The notes under the pieces: model-generated | What the model saw: the letters and a program-made list of their open reading frames with translations, nothing else | Database searches by the model: none | Told to the model about the DNA's origin: nothing | NCBI GenBank assembly: GCA_905178155.1 | Contig: CAJINV010000001.1 | Span: 11,512,753-11,576,752, forward strand | Reading direction: 5' to 3' | Source: Amoebophrya sp. A120 | Lineage: Eukaryota; Protista; Dinoflagellata | DNA: 64,000 nt | Position numbers and translations under genes: made by a program | In this document: piece after piece, positions 36,801 to 48,661 of the stretch | Layout: every line of letters starts with the position of its first letter | Numbering within the stretch: the stretch's first letter is position 1

Positions 36801-38054
36801 CGCCGGGAGCAGCCAGGAAATCAGCTCTCCGAGGAACTTTAGCCATCGAAATTTTTGCTCAGCCTCCGGCAGCGTGTCTACGGCGGCCATATTGTAGCTC
36901 ATGTTGTCTTCATCCTGCTGCTGCTGGTCCCGACGGGTTGTACTACCAGAGTTCGCTGCATTCAGACGGTTCCTACCACTTCTGGAATTGTGCTGTTGAT
37001 CATCTTTCCCTAACATTTCTATTCCTCCAGTCAGTGGAGGTGCTCCTGCCGATGGTGCTTTCATCGAAGATTCAGAAAACTGTTGATCTGCTACTGCACC
37101 AGCTTCGCTGACGTTGCCACTGGTTTCGCGTACAACCTGCAGAGACCGCGTTGGTGAGTGAAGCGCATTGAATTGGGTCGACGACGAAGACGCAGCTGCA
37201 CCTGCACTTGCGCCGACCAGTAGTTCTACTCCTTCTCCCGGTGGTGCCCGACTTTGCGGGCCTTGTTGTCCTTGTCGTGACGCGTAAGAATCATTTTGCC
37301 GCAGAACGAGAGACCGCGCAGCTGCGTTTTCCGATCCAGCGTCGAAGACTCCTCTTGTTCCAGCATTTCCAGCTGCAGCCCCCGCGGGAACCAGAGTCTG
37401 CTTTTTCATATCACCGCTAGCAGAATCCTGACCGCGTGGTTCGCGATCAGAGTGAGCTATGCGAGAGAACTTTTCTCGAAACCCATCAACTACAGCCTCT
37501 TGGTCGTCGAGTGCACCAGCAGAAGGCTGGTCTTTGTTGCTAAGACGCACCGGCTCGCCACTGCTCGTCGCATTGCTGTGGAACACTGGACTGGTAGAGC
37601 TAGTGGCCGCGGTCCCTCTTCCAAGAGGTAATGGCGAACTTTTGGCACCGAAGAGCTTTGTCGCCGGTGAATCAGCAGGGCCCCGAGGTAAAACCACCCT
37701 GCGTCTGGTTTTCCCGCCCGATGTGATTTCGTCCTCGTCTTCGCCATCCACTATTTCTTCCGGCTCCTGGCGAAATCCGCCCGACGGCGGGCTATATCTC
37801 GAAAACGCCCTGCCTTCCTTTGACCGACCGCTTGATGCGTGGCTGACCTTGGAGACACTTTCCGGCGTCGTCAAGTGCGTTGCATGGCCCATGCTGTCAA
37901 AGGACATGGTGCGCCGGACGCGGTGCACCCCACGCACCATGCGCGCCTCGCCGAAGGCATCCTGCTGCAGGCCCAGAATACCTTCGATGCGCTCCTGCTC
38001 GGTAAGGCCCCCTGCGCGGCTCGAAAAGTTAGGCGAGGATGCGGTGTGGTGCAT
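33850..38054 (-). CDS. CLC-family chloride/proton exchanger (ClC-3/4/5-like) with CBS domains; 2 coding exons
   Basis: GSGIPE, GKEGP (gating Glu), FGAPLGGVLFSFEE (proton Glu), GLFVP, FELTG, GIYD; CBS-like SGYPLLV and GLITKK; GT-AG intron 36451-36608. Confidence 0.95.
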
Positions 38055-38073
38055 ATCGTTATCGGCCTGCTTG

Positions 38074-38335
38074 TATCAACTGTAAAAGTGTCTGGGTCTG
38101 GAAGAGTGCCAGACTTGTCATGCAGGTTTTTCATGACCCATGAGGTCTGGTATGTAGGACAGAGCATGACAGATTCTGTGAGAGTTCTATCATGCCTATC
38201 CTGCATGAGAAACTGCCTCTCGATTAGGTCAACAGTGGACAGCTTTTGGTAATCACGCAACGCAGATTTTTACATGATCCAGATTTAGCATGACAAGTTG
38301 CTTTGTTCCAGACCCAGACATATTTGCAATGCATA
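38074..38335. mobile_element. TIR element/introner copy 3 (262 bp), about 20 bp upstream of the CLC ATG
   Basis: Collinear with copy 2 without indels (about 44 substitutions by hand count, ~83% identity); perfect TSD gcttg at 38069-38073 and 38336-38340; subterminal IR acttgtcatgc/gcatgacaagt. Confidence 0.92.
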
Positions 38336-38857
38336 GCTTGGTATACTAAAATCGCAACGCGGTTTTCAATATCAGCTCAGCCAGCAACTGCTGGATGATT
38401 GGTTCAACGAGTACACATAAATTTCAATTTCAATTTCAATTTGAGGATCAAAAAAATACCAAAATTCCACTTAAATACATTGACTTTGCGCAAGTTCAAA
38501 AACGCCCAATCACATAGAAATTCACATTGGTCCACAGTAAAAAAAACTTCACCTCAATCATTTTGAAACTACACATATCTTCGCAGCGATTTCTAATTCT
38601 ATACGAAAATTCTTTTCGACACACCGGTAGGGACAGACACCAGGCCCGTTACGAACTACCTGCAGGTGTCCAGAAATATCATGCTGGAGTGTCGCAAGAC
38701 GACACTAGGTCGGTGTACGTGAACGACCCAAAAACACATAACGAACCGAATGATGTGGATTCCATTCTTACACACGAAAAGCCGTTGTCGTACTTACCTG
38801 AAAAATGGATACCACGAAAGAGGGCCCTAACGTATCAATCGATCCAAAATTATGGTG

Positions 38858-39007
38858 TCACAACAAAGCTGAAGGAGCCACTGCATCGACATCGACGAAA
38901 TCTGTGATCCTTCTTCTTGTGCAACATCTCGTCCCTATCACGAGAAATTGCAATTTTTTCAAAGCGAAAGCACCAGCAACAAGAGGACCAAGATAGATAC
39001 AACGCAT
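38858..39007 (-). pseudogene. Possible decayed paralogue of the 5' end of the EF-hand gene
   Basis: ATG context acgcatccagagt is shared with 43501-43513; short ORF MRCIYLGPLVAGAFALKK...DFVDV parallels SAFAVKQ...SFVDQ. Confidence 0.4.
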
Positions 39008-39281
39008 CCAGAGTTGTATAGTGTGTAGATAGAGCCAGCGAAAAGCCCACACTCTCTCTTGTTTGGATCATAATAGAAGTTCGTGCGTAAGAAGGTACAA
39101 AGTCTCGTTTCTTGGAAAACAGGAATCGTCTCCGTCGCTGGAGTCGCTCGAAATCTTCCCGACTAGCACCTCAGCCGAAAGACCGCGGCGGACAAGAAGT
39201 TCGTCAGAAAGTTGCTTTTCTGTCCGTCTTCATGAACTACGAATCCGATCGACCAACACAAACATTTTTTATTTCAGGTTT
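38977..39281. repeat. Diverged direct repeat, copy A (copy B at 43451-43781)
   Basis: Collinear shared blocks acgcatccagagt, cacactctctctt, gtcgctcgaaatc, gaccgcgg, gtcagaaagttgcttttctgtccgt, ttttatttcaggttt. Confidence 0.88.
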
Positions 39282-40560
39282 GTACAGAAACTGACGTAGC
39301 TGAAGAGCTGCAAGTCGTAAAAGGTTGAATTTGGCTGCTATTTTTCATCTGAAGTTGGTTCTACAGGAGCTCGAGCTTGTTGCTGTTCGTTGTTCTTGTT
39401 ACAAATAAATAATGACTCATCGTCGCTAGTCGTAGTCGTTACATAATTCGAGTTCAAATTCGTCGGACTTGGAGTGGCACTTCTGTCAAAAACATAAATA
39501 CGCAAACTGTCGCGTAGTAAAAGTCAGTGGTCGCGTGCTCCGTGCAGATTCTCCACGGAAGAGGTTAGCGATACTCTGTCTCCCGCCGGCCAGTGTCGCA
39601 CTACACTTTTACGCTCAGACAGTTTTCTGAGCGTGGGTACGCAGGTTTCAGCTCGCTTTCGTTTATGTATCCAAATCGTTTGTCCCCGTGCTGTTGCAAC
39701 CGTATTTGGTAACCTCCACGCTTAGATAATTTTGGTTGTACGCGTACCGTAAGGGAAACCACGCACTTTGTTGCTCTACTTGACTGTAAAAAACTCATTT
39801 TTGGTTTACACGGTTGTGATGTCAGCTGTGGTTGCTCGTCTGATAATTTCAAATTTTGTCTTTGCATTTATTGTGAAGGGTAGTGTAACAAGAAGGTGCT
39901 CTGCCTAGTCCTCATTTTGAAAAGCAAATTTAAAGTCAGAAAACGAGTGGTGAAGCTTTGCACTTTCGTTAACGACGAATGCGCGTGGGTCTGGGCTGAG
40001 ACCCCGCAGATTTGACGTTTTGGTGAAGTGACGGTAGATGAAGTTGTGATCGACCACCAGCCGCCCCTTATCTTAATGAAGATCGGCAGATCGGCTGTGC
40101 ACTTCTACGCGGCTCGGTATGGGACAACACTGGCGCAGTTGAGTGAGGTTTTTTATCTCCTCGATTCATTTTCCGGCAGCGTCAAAATCTAGGTCGACAC
40201 TTCACCTAGTCAAGGAATACATCTTTCGAAATGGTCAATAAGCTTAAATCAAATTCTCAGAAATATTTACAGATACTTCATCAAGAACAGAGGACCATCT
40301 GACTTCTACATATCAATTGCAGCTAGGTCTCTCTTCTCACTTTCAATTTGATGCAACTTCCAGGAGCGGTTCGTAAATTTTCCATAAAGGTGAAACGTGA
40401 AGTGCGCCTGATATTTAAAAATTATTCAATCATTCTTCTCCTAATTCGAAAAGTTGTCGCCGTCGCCAAAGTAGAAATGAATAGAACTAGGCAACTCGTC
40501 CCCCTCCCCCTCCTCAAACGATAGGTAGTGCGCAATTCCCCTCGAGCAAAATAAGCCGCC

Positions 40561-42164
40561 TTTCTGCGCCGCACTAGTCGACCATGGCTGCGGCGGGTAT
40601 GACTTGAAAGTACGACTTGCGGGTGAGCCATGCTTCAGCTTCGTGGCGCCGCTGTTATTTGGGTGGGTTTTCTGCTTTGCGCGATAAGGTAATTGCGCTC
40701 TATGCATTCACGGTGAAAGAGTGGCGCGCGGCACTTACTTCAACTTGCACGCAAAAGGCGAGAGCGTAAAAAGTTGCAGCTCCTTGCGGTCGCGTTAGCT
40801 TTTTGCTGCCTGTTGACACAGTACAAACACTTTATACCATTCGCATTCCCTCGCCGTTGTGGTGGTACAGAGTCTAGTGGTCGAGCCGCTAAGTAAATCA
40901 AAAGAACACCACTCAGCGTCGCCCTCCAAAAGGGATTGCACCTCGTTGTACTAGAGGGTGACACTCAGAGACAGGTCCGCGAGAGAAAGCAAGCTAGGCA
41001 GTACACAGATCGTGCTGACACGGCAAGAGCGCGCCCCTGCTCGTTAGTCGATCTGAGTAAATTTTGGTCTTTGAAATAGAGCTCCATTTGTCATCAACCG
41101 GAACGGCGAATCTTCTGAAGAGACGAGAGGACACACAGACATGCTTCGGAATGAATCCAAGTTGCAGCAAGTCACTGCCGAGGAATGACAGCACGTGACA
41201 AACAAAATGCGAAATACCAGAGGCACTTTCGGCCAGGCAAAATTGCTCGTCCTAGTTGCGCCTCCCTTGGCTCTGCTACCCCGCAAGCTGAAATAGATTC
41301 AGCTGGTGCTTCTAAATAGAGGCGGTCGTGGCGATCAAGAACTTCGGCACTGAACTCGCGCTGTTTCTGTTATACGTATGACCTAAGATTGCTCACCACG
41401 GCGCTGGGGGTTGGTTGTTCTGTGTGCTGAAAAAATGAATGCTTAATTAGCAAAAGCAGAGCATCCGCCTTGCTCCAATAAAAAACGGCATGACATACTG
41501 AAAGCTTCGTAGAAACTTCGGACGTCATAAATTAAAGCACTTACTGAAAATAGATCTTCATCTCGCTCGGCAGAAAAGCTTGCTCGTGTGGTCGATGAGT
41601 CGGCCGCTGGAGTTCGCATGCGTCCTCGAAGAAGATCGCGGGACGAGGTGCAGCCGTCAGCCCTTCATTCTCAGGCACAAATAATCAAGGTCCCCGCCTC
41701 GCAACTTCAGGCGTCGAGCTGTCATGAGTTTTAGTTGGGAGCCGTCGTCCTTCACAACAACAATTTCAAATTAGTTCAATTAGTACCTCTACGGCATTAC
41801 AAAGAACTAGCTGGCTCGCGTTCCGAGTTCATTGTCGCATACAGGTAAACACAACCAGAAAGTGCTGCGTGGCAAATAAAACTGCAAAACAAAATACCGA
41901 AAGAATTGCTCTGTGTGCCGTTTTGCGCCGCATCAGTCGACAGTAGTAGTTGCGGATATGAATTGAAATCAGGCGCGAAGTTGCAGATGAGCCATGCTTC
42001 AGCTTCGCTGCGCCGCTGTTATTTGGGTTGATTTGTTGCTAGAGTGATTCATTGATTTACTTAGTTGGATAGGGTGGTGACTACGCAACGGCAACTAGTA
42101 CGAGCTTGATGAAAATACTTAAATGGCGGCACTCGAAGAAAATCGCGGGACGAGGTGCAGCCGT
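40561..42164. repeat. Interleaved short direct repeats: ~115 bp (40561-40675 / 41921-42040) and 33 bp (41625-41657 / 42132-42164)
   Basis: Core tgagccatgcttcagcttcg..gcgccgctgttatttgggt twice; ctcgaagaa(g/a)atcgcgggacgaggtgcagccgt twice. Confidence 0.85.
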
Positions 42165-42463
42165 TGGCGGAAAGTAGATCGGGAGCGAATTGTACTGCGG
42201 GGACTACCCTGGTGCTGACGTCTGGGATCATTCATCTGCAATCTAGAGGAGGTCGGGGCTGGTGCTGGGAAGGTGGTTTCATGGCGTTGCTAATGTCAGC
42301 GAGTCCAGATCCAGGACCCGGAGAGGAGAAATTCCCTCATGCACCTGCTTCCGAGACGACAAACTTTCTCTTACTTTAGTGAAACCTGCGTGGCTAAGCC
42401 CACGAGCTTTTTTCCCCCGGCGGTTGCACCAGGCAGAGGACGCGAGGAGGATCGGCTCAGGGC

Positions 42464-43506
42464 TCATATCGTCCCCTCGGCAACATCCTCGATAGCCAGG
42501 AGTTGATTCTGCGTCGGGTGCTGTGCGTTGTAATTGTCGGGTAATTCTTCGATAGTGACGGTGCTCTGCGTCTGCTGCAACTCTTTGCGCAGCTCTTTTC
42601 TCTGCTGCCTCCTCCTCTGGCGGGCGGTCGCTGCGTCTTCGTGGCACGTGACACGTATTCCACATTCCTCTTCGTCTCCCTCTTCCTGGACAGCCGGATT
42701 GCAACAGCACGACAACAACCACGAGGTCTGCTCAAGAAAAGCCAACTGACTGGCTTTCTCCAAAGTGCTGCTGGCCGCGGTTGTCACAGTGGAAGTCGAC
42801 GCGTCCTCCTTCGCCGCCGGTTTTTCACAGCGACAGTGCTCCTCCAGTTCCGCCTTGGACATAAAGCCGTCCTTGTCCAAGTCCACTTTTGTCATCGGAC
42901 ACACACCTCCATTTTCCTTCTCGCTGACCTGGCGGTCCCCGTTTGTGTCGAGCTGGGCGATCACCTTCTCCGCCATTTCGGTCACGTTGGCGGGGGGGGG
43001 GGGGCGCTGGACGAAGCAGTACTAGCGGGAGCCGTCTTCTCCTCTTTTTCCGCTTCCGACTTCGGGCCGCTGTAGCCGTACACGGACCCGGCGGTCCCCT
43101 GGTCCACGAACGAAGTTGACGTGACCTCCCCCGGACCGTTGATGATCACCTCGCCCGTGTCCTGCGACTGCGAATGATCATGTTGATCCGAGGACTTAAG
43201 GCCCGCCTTGTTCTCGTCCCAACCGGGACGCGAAGACCCATCCGCTTCATCTTGGTGGATCGCAGCTCCTGGCGACGTTCCGCGTAGATGCGTCGCTGCG
43301 GTCATGTCCTCCTGCTTTACCGCAAAGGCGGAGGTCGCCGAGTAGCCCAAATTTCCGCCGAAGACCCACAGGACGAGTTGTAGGCGGGACGGCAGAGAAT
43401 AGACTCGGCTGGTGGAAGAGAGCGCGAACATCTTTTGGAGTTGGTTTCGACAACAAGCGCAGGTTGCGTATAGATACTTTGCTGTCGTACGAGAAGTCTT
43501 ACGCAT
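42464..43506 (-). CDS. EF-hand calcium-binding protein, possibly secreted; frameshift at a 13-nt G/C homopolymer
   Basis: EF loops DTNGDRQVSEKE and DLDKDGFMSKAE; ORFs 42982-43506 and 42464-42985 meet at the G13 run 42992-43004; hydrophobic N-terminal stretch. Confidence 0.7.
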
Positions 43507-43781
43507 CCAGAGTGAGAGTTGTTACACATGTGTATGTGATGAACTACAAGCCAACGAAAAGGCTACACTCTCTCTCTTCCCTCTAGTTCTAGTTTCGAAC
43601 TTCGTCTAAGTACGACGTCGACTCGAGAACAGCGATCGTCTTTGTCGCGTTCGTCGCTCGAAATCCTCCCGACTAACAACTTTCTTACCCACGAGACCGC
43701 GGTGGAGAACAAGTTTGTCAGAAAGTTGCTTTTCTGTCCGTGGTAAACTAGTACGAATCAATCATTTTTTATTTCAGGTTT
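43451..43781. repeat. Diverged direct repeat, copy B (5' region of the EF-hand gene)
   Basis: Same collinear blocks as copy A at 38977-39281. Confidence 0.88.
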
Positions 43782-44467
43782 CGAACTTGATGTTCTTTCA
43801 TCCCGGCGGCAGCCCTCGCATACAGTAGGAACCGGCTCAAAAAACAACCTTGCCAAGAAGGGCTGGTGATAGCGATGAGGCACGTCAAAAAATTGGACGG
43901 CGAGCGGGGGATCCCCTACCTGCAATTGTCCCTTCATCACACGGGGCCTTTGTTCGCAGCTCCTTATTTTGCTGCAGTAGAGCACTTTTTTTGTACTTAT
44001 GTTGATGTTGCGATACTAGGCATCCCTTCTTGGTACTTCCTGACGTCTCCTACTGAGTGCTCGGGGATGATTTTGCTACTTCGTCTCCCGGCCAGGCTTC
44101 GGAAAACGCTTCTGGTCCCCGATTCCTTCGGAGGCGCTGTATTTTGCGCAGCTGCGAAACCTCTACATGTGATCACCCTGAGGTTGATCACATCAAACTG
44201 GACCCAACTTTTTTCTCTACGAGTAATCATGATCTAAAAACGAGGGTAAGGTAATCCTGATCTTGTAATGGTAATCAAAGTAAACGCGTAAAAATTCGTC
44301 ACATCAGGTAGTTTTCATAACACCAAATCATAAAAACTTCTTTGTCTTCAAGATTTCTTCAAGTCGCGAAAAGCTTCCATTGGCCTCCAATCATGGTGTG
44401 ACTATGGTGGCAAGGCAGGCTCTCTTGAAGTCCGAAGATGGCGAATCTCAATGGATTGTTCGAAGAC

Positions 44468-45655
44468 CTACATCAGCTTCTTGATGATATCCGCTTCGAC
44501 CAGGTCTCCCTTATCGTTTGCCTGGACCTCGCACTGGATCTGTAGTGAGGGAATCGAAGACAAAAAATCAGTTTTGCGTTTGGTAAACCTTCTCCTCGCA
44601 ACAACCATCATACATAGAGAGATTGAGGATTACGAGATCGTGTGTGTCAGACAAGAAGAACAAGAAGCGACTCGTACGGAATAAAAAAATCAATTGTGTG
44701 CTCGCTTCTACTTTAGGCGAGCGAGTAACTGTTTGTCGTACTAACTATGTTCCTGCGGAATAAAAAAATCAAAAGATTCAATACTCCGGTGAAAGTCTTC
44801 CGGAGAACGTCCTTGCTGGAGGCATACAACATCTTCTCCTTTACTCCACAGTCGTCTGGGCACCTGAAATACAAGGAAGCAACTGAAACAGCAACATCTT
44901 ACTTTATCATAGATACAGGAATGCAAATGGATGCACGTGTCCGTGACCTTGCATAATTTAATGAATTGCATGTGTTGCAGCAGCTATTACGCGGTCAAAA
45001 TGGGTCCGCATACTGACGAGGAAGTAAAGGCGAAATGCTTCAACACGACGAAAAAAAAAAACAATTCGTACCAGAAAACGAAGACCATCTTTGAAGTCTC
45101 GGCGCCGGTTTTGGCAGTAAAAGGAACATCCACGAGGCAATACAATGGCTTTCCTGCTGGCAATATTCCAAGGAAATCGGCGTACCTTATGATTCAGTGG
45201 AGAGCGAGGTTGGAAGGAGAAAGAAGCTCCGCCTCCGGGAAGAGCGAGGATGGATGAAACAAATGGAATGCAAAAAAAAAGCAAATTGTGCTTCCATCAC
45301 GGTGGTGCTACTGTTTATACGTTTTTGACTTGTCCGCCTGTGCGACTGGGACGATGGTCTTCTTGTCCTTGATCTCGAAAGTTAAGTATCGGAGGTTGTG
45401 CTGTTGAGTGTTTATGTTTATCGATGTCGTCGATTTCTACTTACATGTGTATCTGTATGACGTAAATAAGCATTTACGTGAATGCCTCCAGGAGGAGGTG
45501 CATGCAGAAGATGTACTACATGCACACGTCGCACCGGGCTTTCGTTTTTCAGATTCGGCACTTAGCCATGCGATCCAATATACCAGTACCTTAAGCTGCA
45601 TCTGCGTGAAAAGCTCCTTGCAGCCATCGCCGAGAACGACACCAGACATCGACAT
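44468..45655 (-). CDS. ADF: Actin-depolymerising factor/cofilin (136 aa), 5 exons: 45655-45590, 45400-45321, 45185-45072, 44863-44785, 44539-44468
   Basis: Spliced product MSMSGVVLGDGCKELFTQMQLKHNLRYLTFEIKDKKTIV...YADFLGILPAGKPLYCLVD...KMVFVFWCPDDCGVKEKMLYASSKDVLRKTFTGIQCEVQAND; all four introns are GT-AG with consistent phase; missed by the ORF track. Confidence 0.95.
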
Positions 45656-46744
45656 GTTAACAAGGTTTTTTTTTTTGAAGGAGCGGAGAGCTGCTCAGCC
45701 TTCAAGAAAATTCCAGCTACAATACCAACGTGGTTCAACTAGAGGTAGACCTGCCCGAACTCGAAGAACGGGCCAATAGAAAAAGTTATTGTTAGCCTCT
45801 TCGTCTTCGGTAGCGTCTTGAAGTCAAAGGTTGATGCCAAGAAGTTGCTGTGTAGTACGTAGAGACTTGGACAAAAATAAAAAACCACTTTCAAAATCGA
45901 TGCGCCGGAGAAGTTCCTCCCTTGTACGCACAGAAATGGCTCTACTCAATCCAATTTGTATGCTGTGCTATACTGTATGTTTCACTGAAGACTGCTTCCT
46001 GCTGTTTGGAAACTTCAAATCGTTATTTTGCAAAACGGTGCATCTTCTCTTCTGGTTAGAGGCGTTGCGTTTTTCTCAGCGGCCGGCATCGTTCGATCGG
46101 TATAAATCTCATGTTGATCCTGATCGCGGTGGAATACGTCGCGGACGCGGAGTCGCATCTCATACATAATGTGAGTCGATCCATTTTACCTGTGCTGCGG
46201 GGCGGCTCATAGTGCTCATGTTGCTTAGTATTTTGGCTCTACCGAATTGTGTTTGGTCGGCAGGAAAAGACAGTTGTTTGAATTCATTGTCTGTCTCCGC
46301 AATAGATTAAGATTCTCCGAAGAAGAACGGATTTGCTCGTTAACAAGCAAAAAACGAACACCAAATCAACTGCACCAAGTCAGTGGTGTAATTCAGTCGA
46401 AGAACTAGCGCGCGATCCTTCATCGACTAAGCCGCGTCGTGACTGTGATCTTCTTCATACTACTCACTAGCGATTGCCGCCCTGGGTTCGTCAACATATT
46501 GCCCTGCTTCTAGCCAGAGATCAAACCAGCACTGCGTTCCGTAAAACATCAAGGATGTTCGTAGTGCTACAACATGCTCAGTGGACGAGGAGAGAGGAGC
46601 ACCCGATTTTTCTCGTTTTGAAAAAATCATTCTCAGCGTAGCAAAGCGGGAGGCAGAAGAGGAGCGATTCTTGTGTGGCGCTTTACAGTCAACATCTCCA
46701 GCTCCTCCTGCTTGTGCTTGTTTAAACGTGCTGTTCTTTTTCAT

Positions 46745-47964
46745 CTACCCGCTCGTGTCCATGGCGTCGCCGCCCGCGGCGGCAGCCGGCGCAGCTCCGT
46801 CGTTGCACTTCGTTACGTACGGTTGCAGCTCTGCTTCGGAAAGAAGTTTCCAGCCCATACCAGGGCCCACGATGGACACGTCGATGTTCTTGGTCGTCAT
46901 TTCGGTGTCTTGCTCGATCGTTACGTGGATGGCCTTTACCGCGTGCCCGATCAGTTTCTCCAGAGACTCCTCGGGAAAGGTCTCAAAATGCTTCTCCAAG
47001 TACGTTTTTGCGGGCTGTGCCCGCCCGCCAATCGCCATAGCCTTGTACTCGTAGAAATCGCCAGAGGGGGAGGTCTCGTAGATGGCCGCCTGTTGCGAGG
47101 TGATTTTCATCAAATGCAGATTCACTTCCGTCACGCTAACAAGAAGTACAAGGACATGCACCATCATAAGTATACACTCTTGCACACCCCCTACATCTTC
47201 CGCAGAACAACATGAATGGAAAACAGGATCTGTATACTGTTTTGCGAGGGCGGCAAGCCACGGATCCTACAGCAGTGTATCAGTATGACTACTTCACAGA
47301 AGTAAAAGTTGGAAAATAAATCGATAGTTCCACCACCAACTGTACCTTTTTCAAGTCCTCCTGGTATCCCTGGATGAGAAGCCCCACACCGTATGGCCTC
47401 TTGCCGGCTTGTAGCGTTTTCATTTGTGCCTTGTCCCCGATCTGAGAAACCAACCTCCCCACGTTCATCGGCCCATCGTAGACGTATTTGTGCTCCAAGC
47501 ATTCCGATCTGAAGATATGAATAATTCTAGGTGTAGGTTGCTTCGACCACAGATGCAGGTCTCTATTCTCATTAGTACTCCTTACAGATCTCAGCGTGAA
47601 GCAGCATAATGTCGTAGCTGTAGTTTCAATAAAAGTGTTTCTTTTGAGCAAAAGATCACGCGGACAGGGAGTAGCAGATGCAACAGCAACAGTACCGCAT
47701 GTAATCCGCCAAGACTCTTGCGTCGGCCGTCAGCCCGGCGATCGCGATGCCGCAATGGTCGTCGATCTTGAAGAGTTTCTCATCGTAGGAAGAAAACTCG
47801 GACTGCTGCTTCTTTTTGAAGCCCGCAAGCAGGCCGTATTTGTTGCTGCACAATCCGACAATAACGGTTCCGTTTGTCACTGCCGCGCATGCGTGCCGGA
47901 TTTGCGGAATGTCGCCCTGCGGGGACCAGGTGGTGCAATCTTTGTCGTATTGACCGGAATGCAT
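46745..47964 (-). CDS. PSMA1: 20S proteasome subunit alpha type-1 (alpha6/Pre5-like), 3 exons
   Basis: QYDKDCTTWSPQG, IAGLTADARVL, RPYGVGLL, YETSPSGDFYEYKAMAIGGRAQPAKTYLEKHFETF; GT-AG introns 47509-47695 and 47090-47345. Confidence 0.93.
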
Positions 47965-48661
47965 TTTGATGCCAGTCGCAGGTCTTTAGTTTCGCGGTGG
48001 GATAGTATAGTACTAGGCAAAGGTGTCGCGGGGATAGATCGATAAATTCACTCAGGGTCAGGAGTAAAAGAGGAGCTAAAACTTGTTCTGGAAGTGACAC
48101 AAGCGATGAAAATGTGATTTGGGAAATGTCGATGGTTGTTTTGTCGCCAAGAGAGATGAGTACTCTTCTACACCGTAAAAAGTCATCTACCCAGTTAGAA
48201 GATCGCTGGTTTATGAAAGATACAGGGGAATAGAGTGAGCTGACATCTGCTCAAAATCGTAGAAATAATTCCTCTTCGTGAGATAGCCAGCCAAAATCAT
48301 CGCTACGGCCAACGACTATTGTCGTTTATCGGAGAATTTTATGAAAGTAGGTACACTAAGATACGGATCGTCTTGCTCCTGATTGTGAAATGGCAACAAA
48401 ACGGATGCACTTCTTGATCGAAAAGGATCCGGCAAACAAGCAAGTGCTGGATGTAGATGATCATCTTGATGTCTCAATAGATACACATATTTTCGCTAGC
48501 TGTCTTGTTGGTCGCAAACAATAGTATGGAACAACGACTACTTACTCAGCCGACGGAATTTTCAGTCTTTCTTATCGTGACTGTCCTGAATCGAGATGAA
48601 GGATTTGGGCGTGCGGCCACCTCTGAAGCAATTGCAAGAAAAAGTGATGAATTATTGGACT

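Noticed and set aside
38419-38441. (AATTTC)n microsatellite
   Set aside because: Under four units; ordinary slippage repeat
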